Of a stretch of 64,000 nt of DNA, positions 30,638 to 38,790 are shown piece by piece. Under the pieces are notes generated by a model. It saw nothing but the letters and a program-made list of their open reading frames with translations, did no database searches and was not told where the DNA came from. Where the stretch lies: IMG/VR virus record IMGVR_UViG_3300027374_000001, one strand, 5' to 3'. A program made the position numbers and the translations under genes. Each line of letters opens with the position of its first letter. The stretch's first letter is position 1. This DNA is from a virus (Duplodnaviria; Caudoviricetes).

Positions 30638-31876
30638 CTAATATTCTTTTGCGATGTCTGCTTTCTCTACTCTTACATTAGAGAATTTCCCACTGGACTC
30701 ACTCCCTTCAGCAGATGGCCGCACGACTTTTGTTGAAGCAGACGGAGAATCAACTGGTTTATCGAGATTCGCAAAGAACTCATCGTCGCTCATAGTCTTT
30801 TTCTTTTTGCCATGGATCGACAGATCATCATCATCATCGAACGACAATGCACTTACAGATGCAAAGAAGTCGTCTCCTGAACGGTCAACCTGCCCCATGC
30901 GGTCTTTATATTCGGTATATACTCTTTGGATTTCTTCTACCGGCATTTTCATACCAGCAATGATAATCGCAAAGAACTCTGGCATATCAGCTTCGTGCTG
31001 AATATGCTCGTAATTCTCATATCTCTCCCCATACCTCTCGGTAATGATTTCTTCATAAGAGATAAAATCAGTAGAAGCCGGACTAATATTCAGGAACACC
31101 GCAGATTTCTTAGCATTAACATTGCTCACATCAACTGATTTGCTATCGTCAATCATACGGACAACCATCGCCTCGAACTGTTCTTTGTTTTTGATCTTCT
31201 CAAAATTCGCAGATTCAATTACCATAAATCCAGTCTGCTTTGCAGACACTTTAAGAAGATCAGTCGGGTCGATATTGTGCTCTGAATATCTGATTGTATT
31301 TCCGATCAGAATGCCAATCTTGTTAGCAAAGTCTTCGTTCGCCATCTTCTCTGCTTTGATCTTGTTTCCACGGCATTCTGGTAAGTACTTGCTGTTCTCA
31401 ACAGCTTCCACCGCAAAATCTTCCTGCAGCTCCGAAAACCACTCTACTGTATTCTTCAGACCCCTTGGGTCGGTCTTGAACCCAACAAATCCGAACATAT
31501 GCACATCGATGTCGTAATGGCTCTTAATATACTTACCAATAATAATTGATGAACCAGAACCTGTACCGCCTTCAGTTGAAGTTACAATGATTACCAGCTC
31601 CGCCTCATTGCTTTTTCCAATATTGAGAAAATCATCCAGCGGGATCTTTCCAGCCTTAATGGAGTTTACTGCAAGATCATACGCATTTTTTCTTTCTTTC
31701 CCGCAGCCGCCATAAGAATTAACATATTCCACAGCCAGCCCCTTGTAATCTGCAGGGATATCCTTTAATGTAGAATTGATTAATAATACATTATCCTGTG
31801 CCAGTACTTTCTTTTCCACCAGAGTAATTGCCGCCTTATTTCCTGCGGCTCCAATACCAATACATTTTACATTCAT
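30638..31876 (-). CDS. tubulin/FtsZ-family GTPase (PhuZ/TubZ-like)
   Basis: IGIGAAGNK, INS, GGCGK, signature EGGTGSG, T7-like NIDPTD; acidic disordered tail. Confidence 0.9.
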   Translation of the reverse strand: MNVKCIGIGAAGNKAAITLVEKKVLAQDNVLLINSTLKDIPADYKGLAVEYVNSYGGCGKERKNAYDLAVNSIKAGKIPLDDFLNIGKSNEAELVIIVTSTEGGTGSGSSIIIGKYIKSHYDIDVHMFGFVGFKTDPRGLKNTVEWFSELQEDFAVEAVENSKYLPECRGNKIKAEKMANEDFANKIGILIGNTIRYSEHNIDPTDLLKVSAKQTGFMVIESANFEKIKNKEQFEAMVVRMIDDSKSVDVSNVNAKKSAVFLNISPASTDFISYEEIITERYGERYENYEHIQHEADMPEFFAIIIAGMKMPVEEIQRVYTEYKDRMGQVDRSGDDFFASVSALSFDDDDDLSIHGKKKKTMSDDEFFANLDKPVDSPSASTKVVRPSAEGSESSGKFSNVRVEKADIAKEY

Positions 31877-31950
31877 TCTTTTATACCTCCATTTTATTGT
31901 GTTATTGATTTATAGTTACACATTTCTTAATGTGTTACTATCAGAAAATT

Positions 31951-31981
31951 TTATGGGTATGGAATCCCTCCCATACCCATA
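31951..31981 (-). terminator. putative intrinsic terminator
   Basis: tatgggtatgg...ccatacccata stem. Confidence 0.65.
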
Positions 31982-31986
31982 TGTAC

Positions 31987-32103
31987 TTACTTTTTATCCT
32001 CTTTATCTTCTTTTTGCTGCTCGTCCTGGGATTCATTGATGGGATATAAGCCTAACCCCAAATCCCCTTGTTCCTGAATAACCGTTCCGTACTGCTGTTC
32101 CAT
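31987..32103 (-). CDS. 38-aa peptide MEQQYGTVIQEQGDLGLGLYPINESQDEQQKEDKEDKK
   Basis: GGAGGTG RBS, upstream early-type promoter (32120-32135), downstream hairpin; below the ORF-track cutoff. Confidence 0.6.
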   Translation of the reverse strand: MEQQYGTVIQEQGDLGLGLYPINESQDEQQKEDKEDKK

Positions 32104-32146
32104 TTATACTCACCTCCTTCAAAAATATAATATATAAATGAAAATA

Positions 32147-32854
32147 TTAAGATTTCGATCTTAATGTAGTCGGAGTATAATTACCCTCATTTACGATATT
32201 CGTATTCAAATGGGCTCCAATCATATAAGCACTCATTAGGTTCTTAGATAGGAAATCATCTTTATCTACCTTTACATCATCTAAATGTAATACACCGGTA
32301 GTCCCAATTATTGCATTAGCCATATTCTTAGACTTCATAGAGTCCGCCCTAAACGTAGAGAACTCGTCAACGGTATTATTCATAGACTGAACTTCCATAG
32401 ATTCAAATTCTCTATCTGATGTTACAGCACCTTTATCTGCTCCAATTAAGCGCCCACCCTTCATATCTCTGTTAGATACAGAAATAGCCCATTTATTTTT
32501 CTTTGTTATGAATTGCTGGACCTTTTTATGATGTAAATATACAACTGTACATTCTTTAGACTGCACTGGATTTCCATCCTTATCCTCATAAACCCAAGGC
32601 ATATTAATCTTCTCGCTTAAGGGAACACCAATAAAGTTCAATGCTTCTTCTATGTCATCCATCGTAGGTTCAGTAACTGATGGGCGATAATAAAATTTAC
32701 CAGGATATTTCTTTGCAATAAATGAATGAAATTGAGAATCACTCATTTTACTAAACAAATCTTTGTAATACTCTGAATTAGTACCAGATTTGTCCAAGAT
32801 ATTAAAAGAACTTATTATAAGTTCTTCTATTTCTTCTCTTTGCTTTTTATTCAC
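32147..32854 (-). CDS. putative RNA polymerase beta C-terminal fragment (virion RNAP subunit)
   Basis: VVYLHHKKVQQFITKK...GADKGAVTSDREFESM...EFSTFRADS aligns with the beta tail VGYMYMLKLHH...GGQRFGEMEVWAL...EMLTVKSDD. Confidence 0.6.
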   Translation of the reverse strand: MNKKQREEIEELIISSFNILDKSGTNSEYYKDLFSKMSDSQFHSFIAKKYPGKFYYRPSVTEPTMDDIEEALNFIGVPLSEKINMPWVYEDKDGNPVQSKECTVVYLHHKKVQQFITKKNKWAISVSNRDMKGGRLIGADKGAVTSDREFESMEVQSMNNTVDEFSTFRADSMKSKNMANAIIGTTGVLHLDDVKVDKDDFLSKNLMSAYMIGAHLNTNIVNEGNYTPTTLRSKS

Positions 32855-33269
32855 CTATTACACCCCCTGGAGATATTGGCATCCCGACCACTCCAATCGT
32901 ATCTTTATCTTTAGGCTTAACTATAAAGCTAGGATCTACTTTATCGCATTTATGACAATGCTTTGGAACTAATTTTCTAATGTCTATTATATCTCGTATA
33001 TCAACACTTTCAGTTTGTGAATTGCAATCACCAGACATATCTATTTCTAAGATGGCAGTTTCCTTCATTCCAAAACCGTTACATCTTGCTCTATGCTGCA
33101 CCTTTATTTCTGTAATCTTTCCTTCTCCCATAGCTATCCTTCCATTTTTTCTAAAACTGATAGCTACGTTATCTCCTTCATTAACTATTAGATTATTACT
33201 TTCCTTATCATCATATGTCAAATTAATTTCCACAAAATGCCTAACTCGACTTTCATTTCTTAAAAGCAT
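32847..33269 (-). CDS. hypothetical protein (paralogue of 2402-3025 N-domain)
   Basis: 140-aa ORF with AGGAGG RBS and late-type promoter. Confidence 0.7.
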   Translation of the reverse strand: MLLRNESRVRHFVEINLTYDDKESNNLIVNEGDNVAISFRKNGRIAMGEGKITEIKVQHRARCNGFGMKETAILEIDMSGDCNSQTESVDIRDIIDIRKLVPKHCHKCDKVDPSFIVKPKDKDTIGVVGMPISPGGVIGE

Positions 33270-33299
33270 ACTATAATTCCTCCTTATGTAATGCGTATA

Positions 33300-33312
33300 T
33301 TAATGTAATGTT
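33300..33312 (-). promoter_or_regulatory. late-type promoter AACAT-N5-TAA
   Basis: AACATTACATTAA. Confidence 0.7.
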
Positions 33313-33387
33313 TAAGGAGAAAAAATAATCCGGGTGCCGGATTACCGACACCCAGAAATAATAAGGAAACCAAAAACCCGATTTCGA

Positions 33388-33462
33388 TGGGCCATATAGG
33401 ACTCGAACCTATGACCGACCGGTTATGAGCCGGTTGCTCTAACCAAGCTGAGCTAATGGCCC
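33388..33462 (-). tRNA. tRNA with CAT anticodon (Ile2-like or elongator Met)
   Basis: GGGCCATTAGCTCAG...ACCGGCTCATAACCGGT...GGTTCGAGTCC...TGGCCCA cloverleaf; CCA not encoded. Confidence 0.92.
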
Positions 33463-33464
33463 GG

Positions 33465-33833
33465 GTTAAGATCGCCAACGTATGCTAACTGCATCTGCTG
33501 TTGCCTCTCTCGGCGAGCTATATCTCAGACTCTTTTCTTTTGATTCAGTGCTGAGTCTTACACATTACCATTCAATTACCGCCACTTGCGGAGCAGGTGT
33601 TAACACTTACACTGCGATTCTCTTTCGGAGCGAGCTCTAACCCCAATCGCTACACGATTAACACTCATTACATTTTGGTATAGCACTGCTGTACTCTAAC
33701 CGCCATAGCCGCACCCTGCATTCTACGCAGATACTGCCGGCTTTTCTTAGCGGCCGTGCACCATAGGCCGGTATCGTTACTGCCCCCCAGCAATTACCGA
33801 CAACGATTCGGCAGAGATTAACCCACTCAGCCG
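33465..33833 (-). ncRNA. putative structured non-coding RNA between tRNAs
   Basis: ~370 nt, markedly GC-richer than its flanks, several nested stems, no credible ORF; strand assumed from the flanking tRNAs. Confidence 0.55.
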
Positions 33834-33835
33834 AA

Positions 33836-33907
33836 CTGGGCATATTGGATTCGAACCAACGAATTCAGGAGTCAAAGTCCCGTGCCTTACCTCTTGGCGA
33901 ATGCCCA
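33836..33907 (-). tRNA. tRNA-Gln(TTG)
   Basis: TGGGCATTCGCCAAGAGGTAAGGCACGGGACTTTGACTCC...GGTTCGAATCC...ATGCCCAG. Confidence 0.92.
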
Positions 33908-34016
33908 TTATTAGCACTATGCTTTATTTTCTATCAATTATATGTATAACTATTTTTATTTTACTACAATTATAAATAAAAGAGGGACAGCATATTTCTG
34001 TCCCTCTTCCTTTTTG

Positions 34017-34463
34017 TTAACCTTCGATTATCAGATCTTCTAATTTTCCTGCACAATTTTTATTATTAAGCATTAACCGGAATAAGAATCCTTCGCTGTC
34101 TTTGACAGGTTTGCGGTCTTCAAAATCCAAAACCGTAATATCGTTTAGCCCAAGTAAATTAATTTTCTTACATGGATTTATGCGCAGAACTCCAAAAGGT
34201 TTTCCATAAAAAGTGTCTACAACGTTAATTGTAACCGACCCAAGGATGCTAATGCTGTCTCCTTTAGCCGAAGGATTGTTTTCACTAACCCGACTGCTGA
34301 TACTATCGATTGATCTCTTTGATGCCAATGAGTAGAAAATAATATCGGTCTTTAAGCCCGTAAGGATATGCCTACATTCGAGTTTCACCTTGATCTTTCC
34401 AAAAAATCTACCTCTCTTAATGCTAAGCTTAGTTCTTGTTGTGTTATACATACCATGAATCAT
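34017..34463 (-). CDS. hypothetical protein
   Basis: 148-aa ORF with RBS, hairpin terminator at ~33981-34007. Confidence 0.6.
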   Translation of the reverse strand: MIHGMYNTTRTKLSIKRGRFFGKIKVKLECRHILTGLKTDIIFYSLASKRSIDSISSRVSENNPSAKGDSISILGSVTINVVDTFYGKPFGVLRINPCKKINLLGLNDITVLDFEDRKPVKDSEGFLFRLMLNNKNCAGKLEDLIIEG

Positions 34464-34485
34464 AATTGTTCTCCTTTTCTTTTTA

Positions 34486-34920
34486 TTATTTTAATATGGT
34501 TACTAATTCTCCGTTTTCCTCCTTTAAAGAAATACTAAGAGTTGGATCTATTATCTCTCCATAGAATTCACTATGCATAAGAATTTCATTAGTAGAAATC
34601 CTTATTTTTGTAGATGCATACATAAACTTAAAATCTTCCATGGAAACGGACTTTGGGACAGGCCCATCGTTTAGCCTTACTTCGATTTTATTTATACCCA
34701 TAGTAGCACAAATAGTCATACATTTATTTTCTCTCAATGCCAAAACACTCTTAATTGTACTTGGATTTCCAGAAACAGCTATAACAATATCAAAAAATCC
34801 GGTAGATATAAATAATAAATTTTTACCATCATATTTTATTTCTTTAATCTTGCTTGCTGGTACCTTTATCATCTGTAATCTTACACTCCTTCGCATTAGT
34901 ATTATTCTATCCATTCCCAA
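34486..34920 (-). CDS. hypothetical protein
   Basis: ORF in operon. Confidence 0.55.
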   Translation of the reverse strand: MGMDRIILMRRSVRLQMIKVPASKIKEIKYDGKNLLFISTGFFDIVIAVSGNPSTIKSVLALRENKCMTICATMGINKIEVRLNDGPVPKSVSMEDFKFMYASTKIRISTNEILMHSEFYGEIIDPTLSISLKEENGELVTILK

Positions 34921-35315
34921 TCATATCTATGAATATGAAATACCCCTCTATAGTTCTTATGTTTTTCATACCCTAATGATTTTGTGATTTTGATTTTTCC
35001 AATACATTTTACACGTACTCGTTTCAATGACCAAACTTCTCCAGTTTCTTTACAATCTCTTACCTGATAAATTTTGGGTTTATATATTTGAAAATTTTTC
35101 AGGTCTTCTGGAACGTACACATAAAAGATAGTTCTAACCGCCGGAATCAATGCGGATATACATTGATCTATAGAAGGAGCAAAACTAACTCTTGGTATAC
35201 TCGTATCTTCGAATGATGGTACCGCCATAGACGATACCTTAGGAACAGCAATTTTAATCCTACCAGATTGTGATAAATGGTAGTAATTAGTACTTGTATC
35301 TCTTTGTTTTGTCAT
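34902..35315 (-). CDS. hypothetical protein, possible ADP-ribosyltransferase-like fold
   Basis: YYHLS...PRVSFAPSI...GEVW gives an H-S-E spacing reminiscent of ART folds. Confidence 0.35.
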   Translation of the reverse strand: MTKQRDTSTNYYHLSQSGRIKIAVPKVSSMAVPSFEDTSIPRVSFAPSIDQCISALIPAVRTIFYVYVPEDLKNFQIYKPKIYQVRDCKETGEVWSLKRVRVKCIGKIKITKSLGYEKHKNYRGVFHIHRYDWEWIE

Positions 35316-35949
35316 ATATCCTGATATTTACACCTCTTTCTTCTAACAGGTTTAGTTCCCTCATATAATGATATTCTCTACTCATAAGAACATCAGATAC
35401 ATCTTTCAATGATAAGTTATCCACGTAATCAGTTACCCCAAATACTCCTTCCAGCTCATCAATTATATAAATCCATCTAGAAAATTCTTCGTTAGAGGAC
35501 ACAAGCCTTTTCTCTCCAGAATTGTACTGAATCAGCGCAAAATCGGTCAACTCGATTCCTCTACTCCTCAAATACTTAAGAAAATCTAAGAAGAATTTAT
35601 TTTCTGTGACTTTAAGATTTTGGTATCGAACCTTACGGTTTCTAATGATTTTCACATGACTGTTAAAATTAACCATTAAAAACTCATCATATGGGATATT
35701 GAATACTAGTCTATTTACATTTATTTGGTATTTAGACTGGTCGCTTAATGGGCTATTAGTATCTACAAACTTCTTATACATGTAAGAAGCAATCTGGTAT
35801 TCCTTTACTCTATTCTCTTTATCCTTCGTGGCTTCCATCACTGATATAATTTCGTCCTTTATCTCGGCTCCAGTGTAGAATATCTTATCATTGTTGAACA
35901 AAAATGTTTCAATCGGAATATAGGATTTAAAATTCTTCTTCGTGTTCAT
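35287..35949 (-). CDS. hypothetical protein
   Basis: 220-aa ORF in operon. Confidence 0.65.
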   Translation of the reverse strand: MNTKKNFKSYIPIETFLFNNDKIFYTGAEIKDEIISVMEATKDKENRVKEYQIASYMYKKFVDTNSPLSDQSKYQINVNRLVFNIPYDEFLMVNFNSHVKIIRNRKVRYQNLKVTENKFFLDFLKYLRSRGIELTDFALIQYNSGEKRLVSSNEEFSRWIYIIDELEGVFGVTDYVDNLSLKDVSDVLMSREYHYMRELNLLEERGVNIRIYDKTKRYKY

Positions 35950-36448
35950 CAGACAATTCCTCCTTTTTGATTTCCTTTAACTCTGCCTTTAAATCATGGA
36001 TAATTGCATTGAATAATCTGTTATCACAGCTCTTATCTATGAATTCATCGCAGGTTACTACAAGATATGGCAATTGAAGAAGGTCAAGATATTCCTCCGC
36101 TAAATCCATCCATTCTATTTCTGAAATCGATGTAACATGTGCTCTTTCTGGAAGAATGCAGCTAATAGGACTAATGTTGCTGTTGCTTGGAGTTTTATAT
36201 CCGTCTATTCCTATTTTTAACCATCCACGACAAGCATTGGCCGAATCGTAATATTCTGTATCATACTTGTTCCCCAGCATAGTATTCCAATTTACCATAA
36301 ATTGATATGCATCACGCGAAAGATTATTAGGATCTTCATTTTTTGTGTCTTCTACATGCACTACAGATTCACCCAATATGATAAAACAATCAATCCGATG
36401 CTTTGCCGCTATGTCTCCTAATTCTTTTAATAACATCATTTCTCTCAT
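35927..36448 (-). CDS. hypothetical protein
   Basis: 173-aa ORF after an early-type promoter (36488-36503). Confidence 0.65.
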   Translation of the reverse strand: MREMMLLKELGDIAAKHRIDCFIILGESVVHVEDTKNEDPNNLSRDAYQFMVNWNTMLGNKYDTEYYDSANACRGWLKIGIDGYKTPSNSNISPISCILPERAHVTSISEIEWMDLAEEYLDLLQLPYLVVTCDEFIDKSCDNRLFNAIIHDLKAELKEIKKEELSDEHEEEF

Positions 36449-36539
36449 TTGTCTTTCCTCCTATGGAATTATAATATTTTTGTATTTCACTATAATATTA
36501 TATAATTACCTTCCAGCAATTTCACAAAAAATAAATATA

Positions 36540-36563
36540 GGCTACACTCGTGTGAGTGTAGCC
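36540..36563 (-). terminator. intrinsic terminator
   Basis: ggctacactc...gagtgtagcc stem with U tract. Confidence 0.75.
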
Positions 36564-36568
36564 CCTTT

Positions 36569-37756
36569 TTATCTATTAGCTTTGTTGATAACCAATACAT
36601 AATATTTTAGTATAGATTTGTAATAAGACGATTTCGTTTCTGGACGGCTTCTTCTCTTCCTATATTGTGGAGATTTTTCATCTAGCCACCCTTCGATTAT
36701 TTCCTTTTGTCTAAGGATATTTTTATTCTTGGTATTAGGTTTTGAAGTTATAGATTTAGAAACAAAATCTGTACTTGCAAGGTTTTTATTCGTAGAAACT
36801 TGAAAATACTCGGCGATTATAATGCGAAACAACTCCTTAATCTCTCCCAGACATACTTTATCATCTTGAATTCCTTCTATGATAGATTTGACTTCGTTCA
36901 CTTTCACATTAGTATCAGATGCATATGTACATAGTCTAAAGTCTACGTTATTATTATTTATGAAATTCATTGCATTTTCCACTGCTCTTTCGATTCGGAG
37001 AGAATCATTATCTGCAAGTCTAAACGAATCCTCATTATCCATATCAGAATCGTATGTCAGATAGTTTTTATTCTCATGAGCTTCATAGTATAATGATGCT
37101 ATATTAATTATGAATGATTTAATTCTACCGTGAAGCTGTTTAATAATTTCAGCATTCTCTTCATCGTCCATATCTCCCTTTATAGTAGGACCGTATTTTG
37201 TTAGCCAAGTTCTACATATAGATCGTATAGCTCCAAATAAACTTCCTTCCCTTTTGAGATCAAATTTCATAGTAAGCATATTGTTTACTACATATTCCAT
37301 TATATGTCTATACTCACTTGGTTGAGCTTTTGGAAACTGCCCGTAGTGAATCGACGGATAAAATCTACCACTAAATGCTAAATATATCGCAGATATCTCC
37401 GCATTAACTTTGTCTCCTTTTTTAAGAAAATATCTTATGATCATCATCATGGTCATAGTCAATTCATCTTTAGCTGCTGCCGGAGAAAAGTTCATTTTCC
37501 AATAATAGGTTTCAGTTAATAACTCACGAATCTGCTCCTTAGTAATATTAATTGATTTAAAAAAATCCTGGGTTTCATCTTCTCCAAACATCAATCTCGA
37601 ATAAGGAGCAGTATCGTAAATATCTTTCGACCGAGCATTAAAGAATTCTTGAAGATTCCTTTTATATTTAGCAGTATTAGATGATAATGACTTACTTACT
37701 AATGGATATATTTTCTTAACAGCCACGCTTGTTATTGGGACTCTTATAGTTGCCAT
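36569..37756 (-). CDS. hypothetical protein, probably virion structural
   Basis: 395-aa ORF behind a late-type promoter at 37778-37790. Confidence 0.65.
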   Translation of the reverse strand: MATIRVPITSVAVKKIYPLVSKSLSSNTAKYKRNLQEFFNARSKDIYDTAPYSRLMFGEDETQDFFKSINITKEQIRELLTETYYWKMNFSPAAAKDELTMTMMMIIRYFLKKGDKVNAEISAIYLAFSGRFYPSIHYGQFPKAQPSEYRHIMEYVVNNMLTMKFDLKREGSLFGAIRSICRTWLTKYGPTIKGDMDDEENAEIIKQLHGRIKSFIINIASLYYEAHENKNYLTYDSDMDNEDSFRLADNDSLRIERAVENAMNFINNNNVDFRLCTYASDTNVKVNEVKSIIEGIQDDKVCLGEIKELFRIIIAEYFQVSTNKNLASTDFVSKSITSKPNTKNKNILRQKEIIEGWLDEKSPQYRKRRSRPETKSSYYKSILKYYVLVINKANR

Positions 37757-37797
37757 ACCAAACCTCCTGATAATGTATTATCAGGATGTTTTTCCTC

Positions 37798-38787
37798 TTA
37801 CGTATTCGGAGCATTTATAATTTTAGTAAAGGTATCCACCGCATAATTACAATTCTCAAATATGCATTTATCTGTTTGGAATCCCGCAGCTTGCCTGTGC
37901 CCTCCTCCTCCAAATTTAACAGCTAACTCCTCTACATCTAAATTATCTCTATTAGTGAACAATGAATAATTCCATTGACCATTAAGACCATTATAATAAA
38001 ATGGGATAACTATGTCGTATTTATCCACTAAGTTTCCAAACATCAAGCTGTTTCCTTTACGATTTAACGCAAATGCATTATATCCGCAAAAGTTAACTTT
38101 AAACCCATACATATTTACATGATAATTATTATTTTCAAACTCTAAATATTTTTTCACACCAGCTCCAATAAGTTTATATTGTTCTATTAATTCTAATGCT
38201 TTTTCCTTATTACTACTCCATAATAAAATACGGAATACTGGATCTTGAGGATCTATAACGTTAAATCCGTAATGAATATCATTAGTCTCCGGAAACTGTT
38301 TTTTCCAGCAATCATAGTCATCAATATATTTCAAAAATACTGGAAATTCTGGAACTTTTGATAATTTCACACTATGTTCAATAACTTCTTGGAAATTTAC
38401 ATTACTAGTATTAAGAAATAGCCAAGTTAATACAGCACCACAATACCTATTACTTCTGTATCCGCTTATTTCTGGAATGTCTTTATCTATTGATGACTTA
38501 TGATGGTCAATCCAATATATATTTGATCCTTTACCTTCCATCTTAAATCTTTCATGCAATCTTATAAGATTCTCATAATTTTTTGCACCACTAAACGAAT
38601 AATCAAGAAAGAATACTTCTTGTACTTCATCAGCATCTATGTCTTCTAATTCGAGATCGCATGAGTAATCTACCATACGAAAATCCAGCGGTATAGATGA
38701 TTCAACTCTCTTATAATAATCTGCAAGTACTGCTGCTGCTACTATTCCATCGTGATCATTATGGTGATAACAAATTATTTTCTTCAT
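37798..38787 (-). CDS. DHH/DHHA1 family phosphoesterase
   Basis: HNDHDG, LDYS, IDHHKS, GGGGHRQAAGF. Confidence 0.88.
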   Translation of the reverse strand: MKKIICYHHNDHDGIVAAAVLADYYKRVESSIPLDFRMVDYSCDLELEDIDADEVQEVFFLDYSFSGAKNYENLIRLHERFKMEGKGSNIYWIDHHKSSIDKDIPEISGYRSNRYCGAVLTWLFLNTSNVNFQEVIEHSVKLSKVPEFPVFLKYIDDYDCWKKQFPETNDIHYGFNVIDPQDPVFRILLWSSNKEKALELIEQYKLIGAGVKKYLEFENNNYHVNMYGFKVNFCGYNAFALNRKGNSLMFGNLVDKYDIVIPFYYNGLNGQWNYSLFTNRDNLDVEELAVKFGGGGHRQAAGFQTDKCIFENCNYAVDTFTKIINAPNT

Positions 38788-38790
38788 TTT

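Noticed and set aside
33465-33833. tmRNA, RNase P RNA or group I intron
   Set aside because: No tRNA-like ends or tag peptide and no GAGGAAAGUCC. A GAGATATAG segment recalls group I J8/7, but no matching P7 partner or interrupted gene was found
33284-33843. ORFs 33284-33478 and 33658-33843
   Set aside because: They overlap tRNA genes and the structured RNA region; no RBS
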